Source of the DNA: a virus | Taxonomy: Duplodnaviria; Caudoviricetes | Direction: 5' to 3' (one strand) | Virus record (IMG/VR): IMGVR_UViG_3300032053_000004 | Coordinates: 96,001-160,000 of that record | Length of the DNA stretch: 64,000 nucleotides | Shown: positions 47,701-56,178 of the stretch, one piece after another | How positions within the stretch are numbered: position 1 is the stretch's first letter | How the letters are laid out: every line of letters begins with the position of its first letter | The notes under the pieces: model-generated | Told to the model about the DNA's origin: nothing | Seen by the model: only the letters and a program-made list of their open reading frames with translations | The model's database searches: none | Position numbers and translations under genes: made by a program

Positions 47701-48915
47701 ATGGCGAATGGTCGCCCAAATACAAACAACGTTTTGATTAATGATCTTGATGTAGGTTACGAGAATCAGCTTCGAAAAGTCCATTGCTATGTTCCGGTCG
47801 GTGGGTATATTGATATTCCAGGTTCGAGTCGATCGCTTCTTTCTTTCGATCAAGGAACGATTCGTAAATTTCATGACGCGGGCGTCATTGTCGCTCAAAT
47901 GTTTTTTACTCCAGAGCAATTCACCACTCTGGTTCGACCAAGTGCAGCCCAATATCCGTCTGGAGGCATGATTTGGAACGAAACAGAGCACGCTCCGAAT
48001 TGGGCAGACGGGGTGACCTGGATTTCGTTCGCTTCAGGCGGACCCCCGGCTCCTCATGCTACTTCTCACCAGACAGGCGGAATAGATCCTTTAACTGTTG
48101 TCGGAACAACAGCAACGAACAATTCGGCTACGACCGGGCTTACTGTTAACTTAGGCAATGCCGTTCCCTCAGTCACAGATCCTGGGCACATTCACGCCCT
48201 GACAGATCCGGGACACACCCACACAGCCGTTGCCACGACTGCCACGAATAATGCGCTCACTCTCACTGGGTGGTACTCCCTGAACACCACCGAGGTTGAT
48301 GGCACAAGCCAAGGGACCCTTGCACAGAATGCCGCCTCCGCTGCTCCGACTGCACAACCCGGTGTGCCACGTTGCATGGATGTCTCCTTCCCCGCTGGGT
48401 GGACAGGCGGAACGGTCACGGTTAACGGGACTGGTCGTGGGGGTGCCGTTATTTCAGAGACTTTCACCAAACCCGGTGGCGGGGGTACGGCAGTAGGGGT
48501 TAAGCCATTCTTCTCACTCACCAACTTCGTAAACAGCTTAGTCGTAGGAGCTGGGTTCTCAGCTACAATCGGACTAGGCAATGGTTTTGGTATCCCCGTA
48601 GAGGGTGTTACAGCGTTCCTCAAGGTCAGCGTAGATGGGGTCAACGATAGTTTTGCTCTTGCGGACACCGTGAATGGGACTTTTGATGCCGTTAGTCCTC
48701 ATCATGGTAACCATGGAGTAGATGTCTGGTACACCTACTCCCTGACTGTTGGGCAGGCGTCGCATACCCACACCATCAACTCGGCCACGACCGGAGCTTC
48801 CGCTACAAGTCACACGACTGGTATCAGCGTGTCGGACACAGGGCATACCCATGTGGTCACGGATCCAGCGCATAGTCATAGCCAGAACAACCACGCCCAT
48901 AACTTGAGTGGTTAA
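47701..48915 (+). CDS. Fibre protein with HxH needle motifs
   Basis: GHIH, GHTH, SHTH, GHTH, AHSH and NHAH motifs flanking a central knob-like domain. Confidence 0.6.
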   Translation: MANGRPNTNNVLINDLDVGYENQLRKVHCYVPVGGYIDIPGSSRSLLSFDQGTIRKFHDAGVIVAQMFFTPEQFTTLVRPSAAQYPSGGMIWNETEHAPNWADGVTWISFASGGPPAPHATSHQTGGIDPLTVVGTTATNNSATTGLTVNLGNAVPSVTDPGHIHALTDPGHTHTAVATTATNNALTLTGWYSLNTTEVDGTSQGTLAQNAASAAPTAQPGVPRCMDVSFPAGWTGGTVTVNGTGRGGAVISETFTKPGGGGTAVGVKPFFSLTNFVNSLVVGAGFSATIGLGNGFGIPVEGVTAFLKVSVDGVNDSFALADTVNGTFDAVSPHHGNHGVDVWYTYSLTVGQASHTHTINSATTGASATSHTTGISVSDTGHTHVVTDPAHSHSQNNHAHNLSG

Positions 48916-48941
48916 TATGTTTTTAATTATTTGAAATAATT

Positions 48942-49796
48942 ATGAATATTTTTTCTTTAGCATCCATAGCCATACGAATTGCCGGTTTTGAACATCAGGC
49001 ATATATAAAGAAAACTCCTGGGAAGGGATATTGTGTTAAATCTCCAAAAAATCCTGATTGGTCAGGAGGATGCTATCCTACTAAAGGTGAAGCTCAAAAA
49101 CGTCTTCAACAAGTTGAAATGTTTAAATCTCTGAAAGGTAAGAAGAAGAAAGCTTCTCAAAATAGAATAATTGAAAAACAACAAAATTTAATTTCTGATT
49201 CAGAAATGAATAATATAAATTCTGATCTTGGGAACGCTAAAAATCCAGGTGACACTTTAAAAATTCTTGATAAACATAATTTAGAAATTTCAAAAACTAG
49301 TATGAAACGTTGGTATAGGCCAAATATTAGTTATCAGTTGAAATATAAAGATATAAAACATCCTATACGAAACGCCGAATTTTATGTGGATTCTTCTGAA
49401 GGAAGTGGAGGAGGAATATTTTCTGAACTTAGAAAAACCAGTGTCATCCGTCCTTTAAAGGCAAACGAAGCTCGCGATTTAGATATACTTTTTCTTTCGT
49501 GGGATTTGATCGTTAAAAATCCAGGGTCTATAATACTTGATGTTTCAGATATTTCTAAAAATCCTGACGTAAGCCCGATTGATTTAGATATGTATCTAAA
49601 AACTAAAAGTAATAAATTCATAGATATCCCTAGTGCCATTTCTTTTATTGTTAACACTGGAAAACCTGGAGATTTAATCCGATTAAATGAAGGAAAACAA
49701 CAAAAGAAATATGATTTTAAATCTTTTCGAAATGAATCAGAAAGTTTAAAGCATGGAGACTGGTTTCCAGATCCACAAGCATCTTTTGAATTTTGA
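48942..49796 (+). CDS. Hypothetical protein, possibly virion-internal
   Basis: Begins MNIFSLASIAIRIAG; contains a CYPTKGEAQKRLQQVEMFK helix motif. Confidence 0.55.
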   Translation: MNIFSLASIAIRIAGFEHQAYIKKTPGKGYCVKSPKNPDWSGGCYPTKGEAQKRLQQVEMFKSLKGKKKKASQNRIIEKQQNLISDSEMNNINSDLGNAKNPGDTLKILDKHNLEISKTSMKRWYRPNISYQLKYKDIKHPIRNAEFYVDSSEGSGGGIFSELRKTSVIRPLKANEARDLDILFLSWDLIVKNPGSIILDVSDISKNPDVSPIDLDMYLKTKSNKFIDIPSAISFIVNTGKPGDLIRLNEGKQQKKYDFKSFRNESESLKHGDWFPDPQASFEF

Positions 49797-49837
49797 TTAA
49801 CACCATGTGATGCAAGTTTATTAAGTAATATGTTTAA

Positions 49838-50737
49838 ATGGCATCAGTTTTATTTAGAAGATATCAAGAGCTAGGAAGAAATGGTCTTGATTTATTTCTA
49901 AAAACGCGCGATGGTTCGCCTAAGAACGCGGCCGAGATTTCTTATAGTATATATGATTTTACTACTTCAACTGAAGTGCTCCTTCAGCCTGCAAACAGGA
50001 CTCCAATAAATCCTTCGATTGGCGAATACTACGCGAGTTTCATTGTTCCTTCCGATGCTAATTTAGGACGTTATCGTATAAGGTGGTTTTTCCGCGAATT
50101 TATAAATTCTCCTCAAGTTCAAATTGTTCAAGAATTCAATATAGTTGATACTGCCACACAAATGTCAAATTTGCCAAGCGCAACTCCTATAGAAGTAGAT
50201 TTGATCCGTGGGTTAAGAATCATGCTCCGGGACAATAATCCTGGGCGAAATTATCATTTTTCTCCTCCGACTGGAGAAGAAAGCATAAATCAGTTCAATC
50301 GGGTTTTTGGATTTCTTTGGGAAGACGCTGAACTCCTCGAGTTTTTAACTATATCTAATGATTCTGTAAATATGTATCCACCTCAAACATTTTATCAAAC
50401 TCTAGATCAATTGATGACTCAACATCGGAATTGGAGAACGCTTCTTTTAACTGGAGCTATGGTACACGCTATTCAAGCTATTGCCTTAAATTGGGTCGCA
50501 GATGAATTTGATTATTCGATAGGCGGAGTGTCTCTTTCTATTGAAAGATCATCGAAATATCAATCAATGGCTAGTGACGCAAATGAACGATTTAAAGAAT
50601 TCGTCGTAGCCGCGAAAAGTACTGTTTTGATAATGCGTGGGTTAAAACAGTCAAAGTTTGGTATCGGCATACGGAGCAGCTTTGGACCTTCAGTTGGTAG
50701 GGGTGCCCTAACTCCGCGCAGATTTATTGGTTTTTAA
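49838..50737 (+). CDS. Putative head-tail adaptor (neck) protein
   Basis: N-terminal Ig-like domain plus a helical domain ending FDYSIGGVSLSIERSSKYQ, typical of connector proteins. Confidence 0.55.
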   Translation: MASVLFRRYQELGRNGLDLFLKTRDGSPKNAAEISYSIYDFTTSTEVLLQPANRTPINPSIGEYYASFIVPSDANLGRYRIRWFFREFINSPQVQIVQEFNIVDTATQMSNLPSATPIEVDLIRGLRIMLRDNNPGRNYHFSPPTGEESINQFNRVFGFLWEDAELLEFLTISNDSVNMYPPQTFYQTLDQLMTQHRNWRTLLLTGAMVHAIQAIALNWVADEFDYSIGGVSLSIERSSKYQSMASDANERFKEFVVAAKSTVLIMRGLKQSKFGIGIRSSFGPSVGRGALTPRRFIGF

Positions 50738-50785
50738 GCCTCTCGAGGCTTCAAATTAAAACAGTGAAGCCTCGAGAGGCTTTTT
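50736..50785 (+). terminator. Rho-independent terminator with an 18-bp stem
   Basis: AAGCCTCTCGAGGCTTCA/TGAAGCCTCGAGAGGCTT followed by T-tract; each arm is itself near-palindromic. Confidence 0.75.
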
Positions 50786-50873
50786 CGTTGAATTGTTTAG
50801 TTGAATTACTCCTGCTAAAACGAAGTTTGTCTATAAGCTGCGTGATTAAATTTTTTTTTGATTTTAATTTAAT

Positions 50874-51299
50874 ATGAAGCCTTCTCAAGTCGCCATAGCT
50901 CTACGTCGTATCGCTGCCGGAATTCAGGCTTCAAAAAATCCTGACAAGAATCTAGTTGCTCGAGATCTAAAGAAAATTATATCTAAAATAGCAGGCATGA
51001 ATAATATGGATGGGATTAAGTGTTTAAAAGTTAATATTAGAGAACATAAACCGTTAACACGAGACACCCCTTACCCAGTTATCGATGGAGTTTTTCAATT
51101 TAGTACTCCAAACGGGCATATTATAGATTTTGATGGAAGATTTGATCCTAATGACGTTCGATTTGTTCTTCTTAAAGATGGGGAAGATGTTTCAGATCAA
51201 ATTGAGCCAGATGCATATAATATGGGTCCTGTTGATGAAAATTTAGAGGGTTTCGATCTTGAAGAAATTCTTGAGCATTGTATGAATTCTCAAGTTTAG
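50874..51299 (+). CDS. MKPSQ-leader cassette 1 (acidic cargo)
   Basis: 40-aa conserved leader plus 101-aa unique domain. Confidence 0.85.
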   Translation: MKPSQVAIALRRIAAGIQASKNPDKNLVARDLKKIISKIAGMNNMDGIKCLKVNIREHKPLTRDTPYPVIDGVFQFSTPNGHIIDFDGRFDPNDVRFVLLKDGEDVSDQIEPDAYNMGPVDENLEGFDLEEILEHCMNSQV

Positions 51300-51338
51300 A
51301 TTTTTTTTTTGATTTTTTTTTTTGATTTTTAATTTAAT

Positions 51339-51803
51339 ATGAAGCCTTCTCAAGTCGCCATAGCTCTACGTCGTATCGCTGTCGGAATTCAGGCTTCAAA
51401 GAAGCCTGACCGAAGGCTTGTAGTTCGAGATCTAAAGAAGATCATAGCTAAAGTGGCTCTTCTTGGCCTTCTCAAACCTTATTTGTTATTTACATCCCAC
51501 GCTGGAAGTGCAATATGGGAAATTTATGGACCAATTAATATCAACGATTTTAAGAACGCTGTGAAAAATTATAATTCAGATGATTCATCTACAGAACGTG
51601 GTTCAGACGGAACAGCATATTTTTTTGAAAATTCTGAGGATTTAATGAATAGATGGTCTGAAACTGGATTTGATTCAGTCGAATCCATTGATGACGCGTT
51701 AAATTCAGTTGAAAATCACGGTGACATGAGTTCTGACGAATCTATGAGAATGTTAACTGGTGAAATTGATGGTCTTACTGGAGTCGATTCTGAAGGCAAC
51801 TAG
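51339..51803 (+). CDS. MKPSQ-leader cassette 2 (acidic cargo)
   Basis: 40-aa conserved leader plus 114-aa unique domain. Confidence 0.85.
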   Translation: MKPSQVAIALRRIAVGIQASKKPDRRLVVRDLKKIIAKVALLGLLKPYLLFTSHAGSAIWEIYGPININDFKNAVKNYNSDDSSTERGSDGTAYFFENSEDLMNRWSETGFDSVESIDDALNSVENHGDMSSDESMRMLTGEIDGLTGVDSEGN

Positions 51804-51832
51804 TATATAGATAAAGTTTTTTTTAAATTGGC

Positions 51833-51952
51833 GTGAAGCCTTCTCAAGTTTCTATGACTTGGGAAGTTAATTGCTCCCCCCGAAGTTTTATGGAGGACCC
51901 CGTAAAGTTACATATGATGAGATTGAAAGAAAGTATAGTCTTTAATGGATAA
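51833..51952 (+). pseudogene. Remnant MKPSQ cassette
   Basis: GTGAAGCCTTCTCAAGT behind a T8 tract matches the leader's first codons; similarity is lost after codon 6. Confidence 0.5.
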
Positions 51953-52454
51953 TCTAGATTCTGAAGCTTTAGCTGAACGTTATATAAATAGAATGTATAT
52001 AGACCACCCGGCTGTTCGCTGGTGGGCACATCCTCGAATTTTAGTTGGTGGATCGATTAACAATTCTGATGATTTTGAAAATATGCAAAATAAATTCGGG
52101 GTTACATCAGTAATCTCCGTAGAATCCGAGCATTCGGATTCAGGCAAAGTTCCTGAAGCAATTTTATGTCATCTTCCAACACCAGATGATGGATCCGCAC
52201 CGTCTGTCCAGCATTGGAAGACACTGATAGATTTCGCCCAAGTCGCACTGAAAGACCCTTCTTCTAAGGTCTATGTCCATTGCCAGATGGGCGGTAGCCG
52301 TTCTCCGGCTGCAGCTTATGCTATCTTGCGGACTGTATTTAATTTCAGCCCGGAAGATGCCCTATCCAGTATCCAGCGTTTTAAAACTGAATATGGTGGG
52401 CATTGGTACCACCAAAATTATATTGGATCTGTTGAGACAGCTCTCACTTCTTGA
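51945..52454 (+). CDS. Dual-specificity protein phosphatase
   Basis: YVHCQMGGSRS (HCxxGxxRS), TPDDG acid loop and ILVGG. Confidence 0.85.
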   Translation: MDNLDSEALAERYINRMYIDHPAVRWWAHPRILVGGSINNSDDFENMQNKFGVTSVISVESEHSDSGKVPEAILCHLPTPDDGSAPSVQHWKTLIDFAQVALKDPSSKVYVHCQMGGSRSPAAAYAILRTVFNFSPEDALSSIQRFKTEYGGHWYHQNYIGSVETALTS

Positions 52455-53040
52455 TAGTATATAACCCCTTTTTCGGACTACTGAACAATCTCTTATGATT
52501 GTAGAAAGCAGAAGAAAGCATCTTCTTCCAGTCCTTAGCGGAAGATTTAAACCCTGAAGCTTTAAGCTCCTTTATAATTTCTTCTGCATTCATAGGATTT
52601 ACAGATTTGCTTAAAATCTTATGGATAAGGGTTTGAATCGGGGTTGAATTGATAATTCGACCGTTCGATAATTTTTTAAATGAATGCGCCGCGGCCCATG
52701 CCTGCTCGTAGATGGGGTTATCTGAAGATTTCTCTTCTTGCGGCGCAGTTTTCTTAGCAATTTTCTTAGTAATTTTCTTAGTAATTTTCTTAGCAGTTTT
52801 CTTAGCAGTTTTCGGTTTTTTCGATTCTTCTTGCTTTGTTCCGGACAAAGCAAGAATTTCTTCGGTTATTTTATTGAGTTCGGACTCCATAGACTGTCGC
52901 TTGGAAGATAGACTATGGAGTTTTAAATGTTTAGAATTTATTATCTCCTGGAGTTGTTGGATTGACATACTATCGATCTTGGATTTCTTCATTTCGAGTT
53001 TCTCCTGTTTGGGTTTCTCTGCTTTTGGCAGATTTACCAT
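52444..53040 (-). CDS. Putative DNA-binding protein: coiled coil, H1-like AKKT repeats and winged helix
   Basis: KTAKKTAKKITKKITKKIAKKTA, then a C-terminal IHKIL...MNAEEI...GLYTI wHTH pattern. Confidence 0.6.
   Translation of the reverse strand: MVNLPKAEKPKQEKLEMKKSKIDSMSIQQLQEIINSKHLKLHSLSSKRQSMESELNKITEEILALSGTKQEESKKPKTAKKTAKKITKKITKKIAKKTAPQEEKSSDNPIYEQAWAAAHSFKKLSNGRIINSTPIQTLIHKILSKSVNPMNAEEIIKELKASGFKSSAKDWKKMLSSAFYNHKRLFSSPKKGLYTIKK
52749..52808. repeat. 12-nt coding tandem repeat x5
   Basis: ttttcttag(c/t)a(a/g) units. Confidence 0.9.
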
Positions 53041-53084
53041 TTTACAATTGAAATAATAGGATTTTTTTTTTCTTTTAAGTTAAT

Positions 53085-53486
53085 ATGAAGCCTTCACAAG
53101 TTGCCATAGCCCTTCGTCGTATTGCTTCCGGAATTCAGGCTTCAAAGAATCCTGATAAGAGGCTCGTCGCGAGGGATTTAAAGAAAATTATTGCTGAAAT
53201 AGCAGGAATGGATATGGATGAACTTCCATTCAAAGGTGACTCGGAATTTGAAGAAGTGATGATTGGAATCATGTTTGATCAAGAAATTGGACTTGATAAC
53301 GCTATTAATAAAGCAAAAGAACTAATTGAAAGAGATGGGTTTAAAACTGGGAAATTTATGATCGACCATCATCGCCCTGGGACAATTGTTGGAAATATGG
53401 AAATTTCTCCCGGGTTTTATGATAAATTCTCTGATGGTTGGGAGTCAGAGGATGAAGGTGTAATTGTTACCCTGGAAGCTCCTTGA
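53085..53486 (+). CDS. MKPSQ-leader cassette 3 (acidic cargo)
   Basis: 40-aa conserved leader plus 93-aa unique domain. Confidence 0.85.
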   Translation: MKPSQVAIALRRIASGIQASKNPDKRLVARDLKKIIAEIAGMDMDELPFKGDSEFEEVMIGIMFDQEIGLDNAINKAKELIERDGFKTGKFMIDHHRPGTIVGNMEISPGFYDKFSDGWESEDEGVIVTLEAP

Positions 53487-53537
53487 TCATAATATTGTGT
53501 TTGGTTAAATCGTTCATTAAAAATAAACATTGAACCT

Positions 53538-53969
53538 ATGGATATGAATAATATTGCCATTCGGGTAGCTTCCATGAATCTGGAAGCGGCGAAGAAGAAA
53601 AAGAAAAAACCGAAGAAGACCGGTTTAAAATCTAAAAAACCAGCTCGGGTCTCCCAACCTAGAATTTTGGAGTCTATTACGGCTCCTGAGACTGAATATT
53701 CGTGCCGGGCTGAAATATCTTTCAGTGTTGATTTTGAAGGAAATGTATCTAAAGACAAACTTACTCGGGCGCTTAAACGGGAAATAATGGCGTCCCTCGG
53801 TTCAGCCGTAACTTCCGTCTCAAGAAGTTTTCAGATTTCAGCTTCAAATGTTCTAGTGAAGCCGATTGCTTTTGAAATTGCTACTAGTGACCAATTCATG
53901 GTCGAAGATATGGACGAGCTTGGTGAAGCCGGGTCAGAAATTGATGACCCTAATTACGAAGATACATAA
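53538..53969 (+). CDS. Hypothetical protein, possibly virion-internal
   Basis: NNIAIRVAS motif, poly-Lys patch and acidic tail. Confidence 0.6.
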   Translation: MDMNNIAIRVASMNLEAAKKKKKKPKKTGLKSKKPARVSQPRILESITAPETEYSCRAEISFSVDFEGNVSKDKLTRALKREIMASLGSAVTSVSRSFQISASNVLVKPIAFEIATSDQFMVEDMDELGEAGSEIDDPNYEDT

Positions 53970-53993
53970 ATTTTTTTTTAGATCATAACTAAT

Positions 53994-54431
53994 ATGAAGC
54001 CTTCACAAGTTGCTATAGCTCTTCGTCGTATTGCATCAGCTATTCAGGCTTCAAAAAATCCTGATAAGAATCTAGTTGCGAGGGATTTAAAGAAAATTAT
54101 ATCTAAAATAGCAGAAGGGCCTATTGATTGGGCTGACATCGAAAATACACTATTTAACGCTCTTAATAATTCAGATTCCGTTGAATCTGAAGTCTTTGAT
54201 GAAATAAGTGGATTAGATAATCTTAATCAACAGTATGGTCTTGTATTTTCACAAGTAATAGATCTTGATCAAAATATTGGTATTCAGGTTTCTTACGAAG
54301 GAGATTTTGATTTGGTTTGGTTCGGACCGATTTCTTCTTTTGATAAAACGGCAAAAGCAAAAGCAGCATCAGACGCTATTTTATCTGCTCAGAATTTCAG
54401 CTCGTTCCTCGAAGAAGATTTACTTCAATAA
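53994..54431 (+). CDS. MKPSQ-leader cassette 4 (acidic cargo)
   Basis: 40-aa conserved leader plus 105-aa unique domain. Confidence 0.85.
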   Translation: MKPSQVAIALRRIASAIQASKNPDKNLVARDLKKIISKIAEGPIDWADIENTLFNALNNSDSVESEVFDEISGLDNLNQQYGLVFSQVIDLDQNIGIQVSYEGDFDLVWFGPISSFDKTAKAKAASDAILSAQNFSSFLEEDLLQ

Positions 54432-54437
54432 ATTCGC

Positions 54438-54773
54438 TTGGTAATGTTTGGGATGGACCAAGCTCCCAACGTTGTCAAAATTCAGCTCAAGCCTGAGACT
54501 CTAGACCAAATCGCCCGTTTGGATAGCGCAATTGCGCAACATTCGGTTGAACACAGCCAGATAGTTCTTCGAGCCCAGACACTGCTCATGGAGCTCGATG
54601 GTTTTTATGAGGCTAAAAAATCTACGGTTTTAGCGGCAACCAAAGAATCTGGACTCAATCCAGACATGGTTGTCCAAATGAAAATAAATCAGGATGGGTC
54701 AGCCCTTGTTCAGGTAAAGGCTCCTCAACATTCGGTTGAAGAACCGACTCCTCCGGCCCCAACCATACAATAA
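54438..54773 (+). CDS. Hypothetical coiled-coil protein
   Basis: 111-aa ORF; exact start uncertain. Confidence 0.55.
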   Translation: MVMFGMDQAPNVVKIQLKPETLDQIARLDSAIAQHSVEHSQIVLRAQTLLMELDGFYEAKKSTVLAATKESGLNPDMVVQMKINQDGSALVQVKAPQHSVEEPTPPAPTIQ

Positions 54774-54799
54774 GTTGTTGATTCCCATCCTGTTATAGG

Positions 54800-56125
54800 A
54801 TGCCCGCACCTCCTGATCGATACCCTGAAATTCTAGAACAAATTTATCCGGCTATCCCGTTAGCGCCGTTGAACGTTCTAGCCTCTACGGGTTTCGAAAA
54901 AGGAGTCGTAGATATCCGCTGGACGAATCCGGCAGAAATTGCGGCTAATACCACATTTAATATTTTAGGGGTCAATGTTTATCGGAGTTTTGACTCGGCC
55001 TTTGGTCCATATTTTCGTTTAACCCAAGTTCCTATCGGGTCTACATTTTATAGAGATAGATCTGACATACGGATGGCGGTTCAAGAAAACGTATCCGATT
55101 CTTTCATTTTAAGAGGACCAACTTCAGACCCTAGTTCTCGATATGTATTTAGGACTATTCAACGTCCTATCCATTTAGACCAATTTCCGGGATTGTCTGA
55201 CTGGACGAATTTAAATGTCCAGGTCACTATTAATGGAAAAAAGTCATTTGTTGAAAAAATTGATTCAACCTTAGGGGAGGTTTCTTTAGGTATCTATCCA
55301 TCTTTTGATGTTGGTAATAAAGAACAAATTCAACCAGTTTTACCTACGAATCCAAGCGATGTTGTTCTCGCTACCTACAAATACGTAAAATCATTTGTTC
55401 CAACAGATTTAGCCCAAAGGATATTCTATCGTTTAACCACTGTCGCATATGATCCTGAATGCAATCAACTCATAGAAACTCCTCTTGATCGAGCTTCGCA
55501 AACGAACAATCAAGAAGTTGAGAAGCTCGATTGGATTTGGAAAGAAGCAGTGCGTCGTAATCGTTGGATTCTCCAAATGGGAGGAGAACGAGTCAAATTA
55601 TTTATTAGAAGAGTCGTAGGACCGAATTGTGGTTGTAACTCTTCCATATACAAACAACCTTCTTCTGATTGTGTTGTTTGTTATGGAACGGGGATTATTG
55701 GTGGATATTCTGGTCCTTATGATATAGTAATAGCTCCGGACGACGCGGACAAATCCATAAAACAAGCAAATCGTGGAAGAAATTTAGATCACTCGTACGA
55801 GACTTGGACTAGTCCGAGTCCTCTTCTTTCTCAAAGGGATTTTGTAGTTAAACTGAATGGCGATCGTTATGGGATAGGTCCTGTTCGAATGCCGACAAAT
55901 CGGGGTATGCAACTCCAACAATTTTTCACTATTTCTCACTTAGATGAACAAGATATTAGATATAAAATTCCAGTTCTTGATACGACAGTTCTTGTTTTTC
56001 CACAAACTCGTTATACTATTCCTGGAAAAGGTAACGCAACTCCGATGGTCACGGAGTCTCAACGGATCCCGGATGAACATGAGATTCGAGGGGCCACCGT
56101 TACATTCCAAAATACTCAGTACTAG
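54800..56125 (+). CDS. Putative neck/head-closure protein with Zn ribbon
   Basis: Fn3-like N-terminus, then GGERVKLFIRR, CGC...CVVCYGTG and RDFVV; lies between the adaptor and tail genes. Confidence 0.5.
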   Translation: MPAPPDRYPEILEQIYPAIPLAPLNVLASTGFEKGVVDIRWTNPAEIAANTTFNILGVNVYRSFDSAFGPYFRLTQVPIGSTFYRDRSDIRMAVQENVSDSFILRGPTSDPSSRYVFRTIQRPIHLDQFPGLSDWTNLNVQVTINGKKSFVEKIDSTLGEVSLGIYPSFDVGNKEQIQPVLPTNPSDVVLATYKYVKSFVPTDLAQRIFYRLTTVAYDPECNQLIETPLDRASQTNNQEVEKLDWIWKEAVRRNRWILQMGGERVKLFIRRVVGPNCGCNSSIYKQPSSDCVVCYGTGIIGGYSGPYDIVIAPDDADKSIKQANRGRNLDHSYETWTSPSPLLSQRDFVVKLNGDRYGIGPVRMPTNRGMQLQQFFTISHLDEQDIRYKIPVLDTTVLVFPQTRYTIPGKGNATPMVTESQRIPDEHEIRGATVTFQNTQY

Positions 56126-56178
56126 TTCCTTTATTTAAATCGGAAAATTATCCTATCTCATGAGCGTCGTTAAGGGCG

